Made by a program: the position numbers and the translations under genes
Source: an uncultured virus (IMG/VR IMGVR_UViG_3300036945_000802)
Lineage: Duplodnaviria; Heunggongvirae; Uroviricota; Caudoviricetes
Virus record (IMG/VR): IMGVR_UViG_3300036945_000802
Strand: one strand, 5' to 3'
Length of the DNA stretch: 64,000 nt
In this document: positions 1 through 8,733 of the stretch, one piece after another
Numbering within the stretch: position 1 is the first letter of the stretch
Layout: every line of letters begins with the position of its first letter
The notes under the pieces: generated by a model
Databases searched by the model: none
What the model was told of the DNA's origin: nothing
Seen by the model: only the letters and a program-made list of their open reading frames with translations

Positions 1-1
1 G

Positions 2-127
2 TTAGAGGAATATACTCAATTAATCATACAAGAATGTAATAATGCCCTTAGTCCTATGTTACGTGATATGATTAGTCGTGGACATGCATATGATCTGATT
101 AAAGAACATTTTGGAGTAAAAGAATGA
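2..127 (+). CDS. 3' end of a small hypothetical phage protein (partial)
   Basis: Frame 2 is open from the window edge (LEEYTQLIIQEC...LIKEHFGVKE*). Its TGA overlaps the next ATG (ATGA). Confidence 0.7.
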   Translation, partial: LEEYTQLIIQECNNALSPMLRDMISRGHAYDLIKEHFGVKE

Positions 128-336
128 ATTTAGAACATGGTAAAGATCCAGTATCAGCAAAATGGAATGAATCAATTAATTCATGGGATGTAGGAGAGAA
201 GACAAAATATCGATGGGTTACTAATGATAAGGTAGCACAGAGTGATTGGTTCTACGATATATCAGAGGCATTAGTATGGATCAAAGAACATGATATAAAG
301 GTAGCAACTGAAGCTCGCTCCCATACCATCCTGTGA
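124..336 (+). CDS. hypothetical protein
   Basis: 70-aa ORF, translationally coupled to the upstream ORF; GGAG upstream. Confidence 0.65.
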   Translation: MNLEHGKDPVSAKWNESINSWDVGEKTKYRWVTNDKVAQSDWFYDISEALVWIKEHDIKVATEARSHTIL

Positions 337-445
337 AATAAAGGGATTATTTTAGCCGTGCCCAGAGCCAAGAAGACCCGTGTAAGCCAATGATCTGTAT
401 AGACAAATAATACTGTACTAAAACGGTAGACTACTCAAATAAACA

Positions 446-474
446 TGTACAAGGGCCCGCAGGTGTGGTATTAT
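446..474 (+). promoter_or_regulatory. early (sigma70/T4-early-like) promoter
   Basis: TGTACA-17 bp-TATTAT with extended -10 TGTGG, upstream of the AAA ATPase. The same layout recurs at 2523-2551. Confidence 0.7.
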
Positions 475-511
475 CTATCCATAGATTGAATAATACACAT
501 AAGGATAGTAA

Positions 512-1435
512 ATGACTCAAGTTTCTGTAATGATCGCCTTTGACAAGGCAGCTGGCAAGTTCAAATGTTCCATCAATGGTCAGAAGTTTACCACGACCAA
601 ACAGTCTTACATCGAATACATGTTCAAGCAAATCACTGGTCAAAAGCGTACATTCAAAGACATCGAGGCAATGCAAAAAGCCACTGTTGAGAAGTTCGGC
701 ATTAACGAGCGATTTGGTTTCGTGGAGAAGATCGTAGGCATGGTAGCCACTGGCATTCAGCCATCTACAGTGATCACCGGTCAAGGTGGTTTGGGCAAGA
801 CATACACTGTAATGAAAACCTTGAAGGCCTCTGGTCTCCAAGATTACAATGAATTGATCCAACGTCTGCCTTCTGGCTCTACGATCCAAATGTCTAAGGT
901 GTATGTTACTGTTAAAGGTTACTCTACTCCTAAAGGTTTGTACCGTACCTTGTTCGAGAATCAGAATGCCACGATCGTGTTCGACGACTGTGACTCAATC
1001 CTCAAAGATCCTGTTGCCTTGAACTTGCTCAAAGGTGCTTTGGACTCCTATGGCAAGCGTATCATTTCTTGGAATGCAGAATCCTTTGGCAAAGACGACG
1101 AATTGCCACGTAGCTTCGAGTTCAAAGGTCGTGTAGTGTTCATCTCTAACATGGACCAAGACAAGATTGACCAAGCCATCCGTAGTCGTTCTATGATGAT
1201 TGACTTGTCCATGACAGACGATCAGAAAATTGACCGTATGGCTCACATTGCAGACAGCGAAGAATTCATGCCAGAATACGACGCTAAAGTCAAGTCCGAT
1301 TCACTTGCTCTCATCCGCGAAGTTAAGGACGATGCTAAGGAAATCTCTCTCCGTACCTTGATCAGTGTCTGTAAGATCCGCGCAGCTAACCCTGTGGACT
1401 ACAAAGACCTCGCAACTTACATCTTGACTAACTAA
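512..1435 (+). CDS. AAA+ family P-loop ATPase (early gene)
   Basis: Walker A GQGGLGKT, Walker B IVFDDCD, sensor-like ISN, Arg-finger-like AIRSRS; SD AAGGA. Confidence 0.85.
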   Translation: MTQVSVMIAFDKAAGKFKCSINGQKFTTTKQSYIEYMFKQITGQKRTFKDIEAMQKATVEKFGINERFGFVEKIVGMVATGIQPSTVITGQGGLGKTYTVMKTLKASGLQDYNELIQRLPSGSTIQMSKVYVTVKGYSTPKGLYRTLFENQNATIVFDDCDSILKDPVALNLLKGALDSYGKRIISWNAESFGKDDELPRSFEFKGRVVFISNMDQDKIDQAIRSRSMMIDLSMTDDQKIDRMAHIADSEEFMPEYDAKVKSDSLALIREVKDDAKEISLRTLISVCKIRAANPVDYKDLATYILTN

Positions 1436-1436
1436 T

Positions 1437-1601
1437 ATGGACGCGATTAGCAGAGTACTTGCCGAAAAGGCTATCCAATATAACGCTCTTCCTGGCAAAT
1501 GGTCAGACTATGATCGCCTTGTAGTGTACCGTATCCTGGATAGGTTTGACCAATTGCTAAAAGAAAGGATTGCCAATGAAGCTATTCAAAGAGACGACTA
1601 A
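1437..1601 (+). CDS. hypothetical protein (54 aa, below the ORF-track cutoff)
   Basis: ATG 1 nt after the ATPase stop: MDAISRVLAEKAIQ...EAIQRDD*. Confidence 0.55.
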   Translation: MDAISRVLAEKAIQYNALPGKWSDYDRLVVYRILDRFDQLLKERIANEAIQRDD

Positions 1602-1770
1602 GGACTGGCAGCAGCCTACACCCAATCATGCCTATGTCCTATCAGATGACAAACAGTGGATGTATGGGTATGTCAAGTCAGGGACCAGAGACCTGATTAC
1701 ATTGAAGAACCGGATCAAATTCAGTACTCGGTACCGGACATTTGTTGAACTAAAGAAGGGACAGATATGA
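1576..1770 (+). CDS. hypothetical protein
   Basis: MKLFKETTKDW...; SD AAGGA favours ATG 1576 over TTG 1570. Confidence 0.65.
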   Translation: MKLFKETTKDWQQPTPNHAYVLSDDKQWMYGYVKSGTRDLITLKNRIKFSTRYRTFVELKKGQI

Positions 1771-1904
1771 AGCTATTCAATGCAGTAACGGACATGATCC
1801 AGGCACGGATGTACATGTGTCTGTTAGGAGTAATCATTGTCCTAGTAGGCATGGTATCACCACAGTTGGCAATGAAGTGTGTACAGACAGGAGTGAACAG
1901 ATAA
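1767..1904 (+). CDS. small hypothetical membrane protein (45 aa)
   Basis: ATGA overlap with the upstream gene and TAATG overlap with the downstream gene; hydrophobic stretch MCLLGVIIVLVGMV. Confidence 0.55.
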   Translation: MKLFNAVTDMIQARMYMCLLGVIIVLVGMVSPQLAMKCVQTGVNR

Positions 1905-2101
1905 TGGACAAATCATACAATAACCAGATACATGGTACATACACATATAGGGTCGGATCAATCAATCGCAAACGCCAGATCATAGATGCCATGATGAATG
2001 ATCTACATGGACAGCAGCTAGACTTCATTGATGCCGCAGTAGACACATCAGACCTAGCAGATGCAAAAATGGTCATAGACTATATTATGCAGAAACAATA
2101 G
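1904..2101 (+). CDS. hypothetical protein
   Basis: MDKSYNNQ...; SD AGGAG and TAATG coupling favour a start at 1904. Confidence 0.6.
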   Translation: MDKSYNNQIHGTYTYRVGSINRKRQIIDAMMNDLHGQQLDFIDAAVDTSDLADAKMVIDYIMQKQ

Positions 2102-2522
2102 TACTACAGGCAGGGTACAGATAGGAAACTAAGGTACCCTTTGGTAAGGATCCTTATACTAAGGTTCCATATTAATAGGAGACCATCTATAAGTTACATA
2201 CTCGGTTAAACCGTTGTCGTCCGTCACAAACGTTGTTTTTAAAAATCCCGGGGTGGGGCAGAATATCCCCAAGGATGAGCAGTTAATTTACAGATTTGGT
2301 TATTATATTCGCCAGTTGATAGCTTTGCTATCTTAGTTGATAGGTAGAAAAATCCCCCTAGGGTAATACTGTATCCCATACTGCTTCACTGAGATTAATA
2401 CCTTACAACCTTCACATTGTTCCCCGCACGGGCCCTTGGGCACGGGCCTATAGGTTGTTTGTTTCTCATTGTATACAGAATACTACAGTTTGTATACTAT
2501 AAGAAACAGTATTACGTACCAG

Positions 2523-2581
2523 TGTACTACAGACTATTTTTGTGGTATAATTAGGTATAATTCAGTATAATTCAGTATAAT
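2523..2581 (+). promoter_or_regulatory. early-type promoter followed by three extra phased TATAAT boxes
   Basis: TGTACT-17 bp-TATAAT with TGTGG. GTATAAT occurs at 2545, 2555, 2565 and 2575 (10-bp period). Confidence 0.7.
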
Positions 2582-2630
2582 CTTTGGGGCTCGTGGGGGT
2601 CCTCTGCCTAATATTTAAGGAGCGCGCGAA

Positions 2631-2861
2631 GTGGGATATGTAACAGTAAACGTAGATGTGGATGTAGATCTATATGACATCGATACAGATGAACTAAAGG
2701 AAGAATTAGAACGTCGTGGGGCCCTTCCGTCTGATTGTGATTGGGACGGCGATGATAATAAGAACCTACTCAATATCATCTATGAAGCAAAGAGATTGGG
2801 GAAAGAATATGAACGAGAACTGGATCTCTTAATCTTTAGAGTACTTGGGAGGATTCTATAA
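2631..2861 (+). CDS. hypothetical protein
   Basis: GTG start with SD TAAGGAG; acidic 76-aa ORF. Confidence 0.7.
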   Translation: MGYVTVNVDVDVDLYDIDTDELKEELERRGALPSDCDWDGDDNKNLLNIIYEAKRLGKEYERELDLLIFRVLGRIL

Positions 2862-2965
2862 TGGAAGTATTCGATTTACCATGGTGGCAATTAGCATGGG
2901 GTTTTGGTGTCGTGGGAAACTATGCCTACTGGATATTAAGAGACGCAATAAAAAAGGGACCGTGA
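2861..2965 (+). CDS. small hypothetical membrane peptide (34 aa)
   Basis: TAATG overlap and SD GGAGG; MEVFDLPWWQLAWGFGVVGNYAYWILRDAIKKGP*. Confidence 0.45.
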   Translation: MEVFDLPWWQLAWGFGVVGNYAYWILRDAIKKGP

Positions 2966-2976
2966 GGTCCCTTTTT
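2950..2976. terminator. bidirectional rho-independent terminator
   Basis: AAAAAGGGACC-GTGA-GGTCCCTTTTT between the convergent early (+) and late (-) blocks. Confidence 0.85.
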
Positions 2977-3038
2977 AGTATGAAGGAAAATCCTTCGGGT
3001 CTGATTTAGGTAGGTCGTTTAAAAACTTCCTAATCTTC

Positions 3039-4724
3039 TTAACGTGCGCCACGAGCCATTGCATCTTCTGGATCCCATTTAGTTGTACTTGCTGTGATTG
3101 GAATTGCTTGTGCTTGCATATTTGTATTAGCGTTTTGGTTTGCACGACCAAAGCTTGGACGTAGACCTAACTTCATCTTCTCTACGTTTGCATCTGCCTT
3201 ACTCATATTGCCTTCCTCGACTGATTTATTCAATCGGTCTTGGGCTTGCTGTAGAGTCTCTTGTGATTGGACTGGTACAATAGCTTGTTTAGCTTGTATT
3301 TGAGGTACAGCAGCTTCAGTTGCCTTGGCCTCTGGACTTGCCTCTGCAGATTTACCTGTCTTAGGATCCATACCAGCAAATGTATACACAGAATCTGGGA
3401 TAGCCTTAGCAGCTAACTTCTCCATGAAACTACCAGCAGGATTTGGTAGTACCATTCTTAATAGAGACTTCAATACGTCTTTGGCTTTCTCAGCCATATT
3501 AGACATGAAGTTACCTAGTCCTTCGATGACTTGTCCTGGTCCCTTCTGGAATATGTCGATCACAAATCGTACCATACTCTCGACCATACTAAACAAACCG
3601 CCGACTATCTTTGTGATAAGATCTGAGAACGAGAAGCTATCAAGGATAGAAGCAGCTTTGTCAAATCCTAATGCACTGAGGATCCATGATAGACCATCTT
3701 TAAGTAGATCTAATAATCCACCAATCAAACCATTCAATAGACCTGTTAAACCACCAGCAAGACCGCCCATAAATTTGGCTAGGAAATCTCCCTCAGTTTT
3801 ATTCCATCCTTCTAATGCACCTGTTACTGTGTCCCAAATGCCAATGATAACTTGAAGTGGTAATGCTAACTTACCAAGGATTGCACCTAAACCTTTGAAG
3901 AAAGATGTTAGTGGGGCAAAGAACTTTAGTAAATCATCGAAGTAACTTAATAAGCCACCACCTCCACCACCGAAGATCTTTGCTAATCCTTGTAATGGTT
4001 TACCCATCATTTCCCAGATGCCTTTTAGATTCTTGCCTAAACTGGCAAAGTCATCCATTAGACCACCAAGATTAAATGTTTTTACTACCCAACCAGCGAT
4101 ACCACCAAAAAAGTTCTTGATGCTTTGTATCCACTTCATCTCGCCTAATAAACCTTTAACGAAATTCCAGGCTTTGGCGAAACCTCCGCCCAATAACTCC
4201 GTTATGTAGGTAAATCCTTTAGAAATCTTTGAAAAGATACTAGCAATAAGACCATCTACTTTAAGTGCTTTAGCCATAGCAGCCCAAAATACTTGTAGAC
4301 CTTTGATATAGTTCTTAATGAATGCGATACCACCTAAAACTAAACCAGCAACCAAAGATGCAGCTAAACCAAGCCAAGAAAAATCGCCTTTCTTTTCTTG
4401 AGATACTGCAGGCTTCTTACCATCTTTGATGGCCTTGAGCATTTCTTCCCAGTTCTTTTGTTCTTCTAATGTACGTTCTTTTTCTTTCAAACTATTGCCA
4501 GTCATTAAAGTGGCAATATTGTGTACATCAGCGTAGATGTCTAAGATAACATTGTTAACAGTTTGTAGAGCATAGGTTTGGGTAAACGTCATGTCGGCTG
4601 ACGCTTCTAATAGACCATTGGTCTCTTTGACTTTGTCTATTAACGAACCTAAATTACCGCGTACGCTATCTGCTCCGCCTGGAGTAGTTGGGTTATGCGC
4701 CCCGGATTTTTTCTTCTTTGCCAT
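3039..4724 (-). CDS. tape-measure / tail-length regulator-like protein (T4 gp29 position)
   Basis: 561 aa with long amphipathic Gly/Leu/Phe-rich helical repeats, lying downstream of gp26/gp51-like genes. Confidence 0.6.
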   Translation of the reverse strand: MAKKKKSGAHNPTTPGGADSVRGNLGSLIDKVKETNGLLEASADMTFTQTYALQTVNNVILDIYADVHNIATLMTGNSLKEKERTLEEQKNWEEMLKAIKDGKKPAVSQEKKGDFSWLGLAASLVAGLVLGGIAFIKNYIKGLQVFWAAMAKALKVDGLIASIFSKISKGFTYITELLGGGFAKAWNFVKGLLGEMKWIQSIKNFFGGIAGWVVKTFNLGGLMDDFASLGKNLKGIWEMMGKPLQGLAKIFGGGGGGLLSYFDDLLKFFAPLTSFFKGLGAILGKLALPLQVIIGIWDTVTGALEGWNKTEGDFLAKFMGGLAGGLTGLLNGLIGGLLDLLKDGLSWILSALGFDKAASILDSFSFSDLITKIVGGLFSMVESMVRFVIDIFQKGPGQVIEGLGNFMSNMAEKAKDVLKSLLRMVLPNPAGSFMEKLAAKAIPDSVYTFAGMDPKTGKSAEASPEAKATEAAVPQIQAKQAIVPVQSQETLQQAQDRLNKSVEEGNMSKADANVEKMKLGLRPSFGRANQNANTNMQAQAIPITASTTKWDPEDAMARGAR

Positions 4725-4725
4725 A

Positions 4726-5160
4726 TTAACTTACCTTTGGTGGTACTGCAATAACTGGTGGTGGTTTAGCCACAGCAGGTGCAGCAACAGTTGGAGTTGG
4801 TACTGTTGGTGTTACTACTGCTGGAGTTGGAGAAGCAGCTGCTGGAGCAGGAATTACTGCACCACCATTATTAGCACCACCCAATTTTTCTTGTGTGCGA
4901 CCATAAGCAGCGATACCAAGGATTGCACCCATTGCCATATGGAAAAGTCCTGCGCCTTGTAAAGTAATAGGCGACCATTGTGTTTCTACTTTTCCACCAC
5001 CGATAACCTGAACTAAAGACCAAAGAATTGGGAATAGAACGAAGTCGGCTGTACAAACTACCATGTACATCCAACCCATCATTGGACGCCATTTGCTGTT
5101 CATCCAATCTTCTTTTTTCTTTTCGCTCTCGCTCATAGCTGGCTTGACTTCTTCGGTCAT
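4726..5160 (-). CDS. holin-like membrane protein (GTA 3TM-holin-type) with Pro/Ala-rich tail
   Basis: KWRPMMGWMY...DFVLFP and MGAILGIAAYGRTQEK motifs with hydrophobic helices. Confidence 0.65.
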   Translation of the reverse strand: MTEEVKPAMSESEKKKEDWMNSKWRPMMGWMYMVVCTADFVLFPILWSLVQVIGGGKVETQWSPITLQGAGLFHMAMGAILGIAAYGRTQEKLGGANNGGAVIPAPAAASPTPAVVTPTVPTPTVAAPAVAKPPPVIAVPPKVS

Positions 5161-5170
5161 ATTAGTTCCT

Positions 5171-5311
5171 TCATTTATATTTGTTGTTGAGTTCTTTGAC
5201 CCTTTGGTTTTCTTCTTTAATATACTCGATCAACATTGCAATATAAATTTCTCTCTCCCACGGTATCATATGTTCCAATTCGGTTAAACTGTACTTATGA
5301 TGTTGCATCAT
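5171..5311 (-). CDS. gp51: baseplate hub assembly catalyst-like protein (gp51-like); probably expressed as a -1 frameshift fusion with gp26
   Basis: MMQHHKYSLTELEHMIPWEREIYIAMLIEYIKEEN motif. The frame stays open upstream (ALSHDSLENHFKTNF) to the slippery site at 5365-5371. Absent from the ORF track. Confidence 0.8.
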   Translation of the reverse strand: MMQHHKYSLTELEHMIPWEREIYIAMLIEYIKEENQRVKELNNKYK

Positions 5312-5358
5312 AATGAAGTTAGTCTTGAAGTGGTTTTCAAGACTATCGTGTGAGAGAG

Positions 5359-6072
5359 CTATCCGAAAAAATTCTGCAAACCTTCAACCATGATGTCATT
5401 GTGTGTACCACACTTCTCGCACTTGAAGTTTACTTCTTTTCTTAGTTTCGGAGTTGATTCAAAAAATTCTTTGATCTTCTCAAATTGCTTAGAGTTCAAG
5501 GATTCAACGAAAGCGTCAATCTCTTTACGTTCTAAGTTTTTTGCCTCGTATATATTCTCTGTATCGAAAATCATATCGATACATGAAGTAATTAAAGCAA
5601 ATGTGTTTTCGATCTGGCCGTTTTTAGACTGCAAGACCTTAGTTAATTCGTCTGCTGTTGGATATTTTAAACGTACACCAACTTGATCTGTAAGCATAAT
5701 CTTATTTTCAAGTTGTTTGTCACCAAAATCAATCTCAATAGTATCTAAATTGATGGTTACAGGATTAGTGTGTTCACATGATGTACATGCATAACCTATA
5801 GTAGATGTTTCTCCAATAGACTTAGAACGGAGTTTTAAGAATAATAATTCTAATTCTGCCGTTGGCAAAGTCTTGGACTTAATTTCTCCAAATGTACAAG
5901 CATCAATGATATCTTGTACAGTTTTAATGATCATGCTTGGATCTTGTGATTCCATAGCAACCATCAATTGTTTTTCTTCCTTAACTAAGTAAGGACGATA
6001 TGTAACCGTTTTCTTTGAAATTGGTAATTCAACTTCATATTTCGGCGTGTTTAAAACAATAGGTAAAGACAT
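5359..6072 (-). CDS. gp26: baseplate hub assembly chaperone (T4 gp26-like)
   Basis: LNTPKYEVELP...YRPYLVKEEK, LFLKLRSKSIGE, two CxxC motifs, C-terminal EGLQNFF; SD GGAG favours a start at 6072. Confidence 0.85.
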   Translation of the reverse strand: MSLPIVLNTPKYEVELPISKKTVTYRPYLVKEEKQLMVAMESQDPSMIIKTVQDIIDACTFGEIKSKTLPTAELELLFLKLRSKSIGETSTIGYACTSCEHTNPVTINLDTIEIDFGDKQLENKIMLTDQVGVRLKYPTADELTKVLQSKNGQIENTFALITSCIDMIFDTENIYEAKNLERKEIDAFVESLNSKQFEKIKEFFESTPKLRKEVNFKCEKCGTHNDIMVEGLQNFFG

Positions 6073-6090
6073 AATATACTCCAATAAAAA

Positions 6091-6741
6091 TTAAAAACCA
6101 AATGTTTTTCCAACTGATCCAAGAAGCACTTTGCCTTTGGACAGAATAGATTCTACAAAACCCTCTTCATACCAATCATCGTATGCTAGGGTAATTTGCA
6201 TACGTTGTGTTTGATTTTCCCCTGCATTGCTTACTTCATAACCAGCAATAGTAGTAGGGAATGCGTTACGTAATGTGCATGTGTAAACAGGAACATCGCG
6301 CTGGTCCAATTGCTGAATGATAACATCCGTTGCATATTGAGCCTTATATTTAATTGTCATTGAACGACGATCAACGATCTGATTGAACCACTTCTCAAAA
6401 TATTTTTTCATGAAGTGATCGTTTGTAATATGGAATGAGAATGTAACATCATCATTCATATACGTGTATGGCATTTTTACAGCAAGCAAATTGTTTTGCA
6501 AGTCGTTGGTTGCAATCTGACGTCCAGGCATGGTAACTGAATCACACAAGATTGATACATCTCGTGGATCATTGATACCAAATAAACCTCCGCTAGTATT
6601 TGCACCTTGATCAAATACTTTAGCTATTAGATCTTGTGGATCAAAACTAATCAATGGCAATGCCATATACACGGCAAAACGATTTTGCGGAGCTAATCCT
6701 CCACGTTTGCCAATTACTGATTTAAACTTGTCGATTTGCAT
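6091..6741 (-). CDS. baseplate tail-tube initiator / tail-tube-fold protein (gp54-like)
   Basis: GGLAPQNRF, CDSVTMPGR, KMPY and LRNAFPT motifs of the gp19/gp54 fold; TAATG coupling at 6741. Confidence 0.7.
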   Translation of the reverse strand: MQIDKFKSVIGKRGGLAPQNRFAVYMALPLISFDPQDLIAKVFDQGANTSGGLFGINDPRDVSILCDSVTMPGRQIATNDLQNNLLAVKMPYTYMNDDVTFSFHITNDHFMKKYFEKWFNQIVDRRSMTIKYKAQYATDVIIQQLDQRDVPVYTCTLRNAFPTTIAGYEVSNAGENQTQRMQITLAYDDWYEEGFVESILSKGKVLLGSVGKTFGF

Positions 6742-7340
6742 TATGCTCTGTATCCTGTAACCATTTTCTTGGATTCTCTCCAAACTTTGGTCTTATTTGC
6801 ACCAACAAACTTTTCTGTTGGTAAAAAGATGGCAATTTCCCATTCTGAAGAAGGTACTAACATAATCTTCGATTCAACCTGAGAAAACAAGTATCGTTTA
6901 AAGCATGGTCTAAACCACCTAAACTTAGCAGCAGAATTTAGAATATTGTAATTGATTCTAAATTTTGTTGTCTCATCATAATTCTCATTGTTTGTCGTTA
7001 ATAATAAACTATCCAATAAGCGAGCTCGTGGTACTGGAGCAACGTAATGTAAGTTCATTCCATAGAATCCACCTTCTGCAGGTGCTACGGCAACGATTAA
7101 CGGAAAACGGTCAAAATAAGGTAGTGTTTCTTTATGTAGCGCATCATAGATGAAGTGATACATAAATCCAGGTCTAAAAGTAGTCTTTCTAATAAAATGA
7201 GGATCTTTTAACATCTGCATTGAATTGATGTTACCTTTAAGACCTCTTACTTTATCAGCAAACCATTTTCTAGACGCATTAGTATTCGCCTCGGCAGTCA
7301 TGCCTTTGCGCATTTTGTCAAATAAACTTGTTGTAGCCAT
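6741..7340 (-). CDS. gp2: DNA end protector protein (T4 gp2)
   Basis: PGFMYHFIYD...LPYFDRFPL...GMNLHY...KRYL...LPTEKF motifs; adjacent to gp4. Confidence 0.9.
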   Translation of the reverse strand: MATTSLFDKMRKGMTAEANTNASRKWFADKVRGLKGNINSMQMLKDPHFIRKTTFRPGFMYHFIYDALHKETLPYFDRFPLIVAVAPAEGGFYGMNLHYVAPVPRARLLDSLLLTTNNENYDETTKFRINYNILNSAAKFRWFRPCFKRYLFSQVESKIMLVPSSEWEIAIFLPTEKFVGANKTKVWRESKKMVTGYRA

Positions 7341-7345
7341 ACTTC

Positions 7346-7353
7346 TATTTATG
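7346..7353 (-). promoter_or_regulatory. late-promoter-like element (CATAAATA)
   Basis: 7/8 match to TATAAATA, overlapping the gp4 stop just before gp2. Confidence 0.4.
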
Positions 7354-7792
7354 TCAATAACCGGATGCCCATGGATTTAATTGTGTCTTCAGTCCAAATT
7401 ACAAATTGCCAATTACGGTCATTTGCATAGTCTGTAGCAGCTTTCCATTTGCATTGATTTTTTACAAAAGTCCTAGCTTCTTCTAAGTACTTTTGTGTTT
7501 GTCTTGAGGGTTTCTTTGGAGGTAGTGTTTGAGACTTTGGTTTAATCTCTACTAAGAATGTACCTTGAGCAGTAGTGTACTTGACATCGACAAAATATCG
7601 ATGCCATTTTCTATCCAATGGGAGATAGTAAGGCACGACTATCTCCTCAGAACTCCATTTAAGGACCTGATCATTTGAGTCGCACCATCGAAATACTTGC
7701 ATCTCCCAATGAGATCTATAGACGACGTTCTTAAAATCGCCATCATATTTCGCAGGGTTCTTCACCCTATAAAAACCTTTGTAAGTTGCCAT
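7349..7792 (-). CDS. gp4: head completion nuclease (T4 gp4, TnsA-like)
   Basis: YKG..VKNPAKY, YRSHWE, WSSEEIVVPY, HRYFVD, EIKP, NQCKWKAA, TEDT. Confidence 0.92.
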   Translation of the reverse strand: MATYKGFYRVKNPAKYDGDFKNVVYRSHWEMQVFRWCDSNDQVLKWSSEEIVVPYYLPLDRKWHRYFVDVKYTTAQGTFLVEIKPKSQTLPPKKPSRQTQKYLEEARTFVKNQCKWKAATDYANDRNWQFVIWTEDTIKSMGIRLLT

Positions 7793-7799
7793 ATAAATA
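7792..7799 (+). promoter_or_regulatory. T4-type late promoter
   Basis: Exact TATAAATA upstream of gp48. Confidence 0.75.
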
Positions 7800-7832
7800 C
7801 TAGAAAGAGAAATTTCACCTTATAGGGTATCT

Positions 7833-8732
7833 ATGGCAATTCTTACAGATCTAGTTGGCAGTGTAAAGTCAACCATTACTAAAATATTAGGTGTCGACCT
7901 ATTCACTAATCCGTTTGGAGCTCAGGTAAGTTACCGATATCCATTGGGAGATGTGCAAAAGTATGAGAACGTTATTAAGTTTTCTGCTTTGGCTCGTGTA
8001 AAAAAGAGCGGAGTACTTGATTTTAGAGTTCCTAAGCTAGCAGAAAAACCATTAGGTAGCGTAACGCTATACATGCCTGCAGGAGTTTCAGTTAATGATA
8101 ACTTATCATACGATAATGCTGATACTGGTCTAGGCGGTATGGCTGTTAACGCAGCAGGCTCATCAGCAAATACTGGTGAATTCATCGATAAAGTTAAAAA
8201 GAATGCCAAGCCACTAGCACAAAGCGCTGTGTCTCAAGGACTAGCTACTCTTTCTCAAGAAAAGGGTTTAGGTGGTGCATCTCAACAAGCACAGATTAAT
8301 CTTGGTGTGGTTGCTAACCCTCATACACAAATGTTGTTTAAGACACCTGCGCTTAGACAATTTACATATAGTTTTAAAATGATCCCTCGTTCACAGGCAG
8401 AAGCTCGTGAGATTATTAAGATCGTACAATTTTTCCGTATTGCTGCATATCCAGAACTTGGCGGTGGCGGCGGTGACACTAGTGGAGAAGGTACACTTGA
8501 AATGGCAACATTTAAGTTCCCTGATATTTTTGAGATTACATACCTTAATAGAGGTGTTGAAAACGAAAACATGATTGCTGTAATGAATTCATATTTAACT
8601 TCAGTGACTGTAACATACAATACAAATAGTCCAACATTCCATAAAGATGGTATGCCAGCTGAAGTTGATTTACAGCTTACATTCCAAGAATCTAAAGCAC
8701 TCAATAGAGCGCTTATTAAAAAAGGTTATTAA
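7833..8732 (+). CDS. gp48: baseplate tail-tube cap (T4 gp48-like)
   Basis: LYMP, NPHTQMLFKTPALRQFTYSFKMIPRS..EA, FPDIF and LQLTFQE motifs. Confidence 0.85.
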   Translation: MAILTDLVGSVKSTITKILGVDLFTNPFGAQVSYRYPLGDVQKYENVIKFSALARVKKSGVLDFRVPKLAEKPLGSVTLYMPAGVSVNDNLSYDNADTGLGGMAVNAAGSSANTGEFIDKVKKNAKPLAQSAVSQGLATLSQEKGLGGASQQAQINLGVVANPHTQMLFKTPALRQFTYSFKMIPRSQAEAREIIKIVQFFRIAAYPELGGGGGDTSGEGTLEMATFKFPDIFEITYLNRGVENENMIAVMNSYLTSVTVTYNTNSPTFHKDGMPAEVDLQLTFQESKALNRALIKKGY

Positions 8733-8733
8733 G

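Noticed and set aside
1576..1780. Identical 14-nt starts (ATGAAGCTATTCAA) of two adjacent early ORFs
   Set aside because: Similarity does not extend further and is too short to support a mechanism.
2541..2581. Mini CRISPR array
   Set aside because: 10-bp tandem units with no spacers and no cas genes in the window.
5311..5361. Stop-codon (TAG) readthrough or genetic-code reassignment joining gp26 and gp51
   Set aside because: In-frame readthrough gives only LSHTIVLKTTSRLTSL*; the gp51-like sequence is in the -1 frame. TAG and TGA terminate other conserved genes normally.
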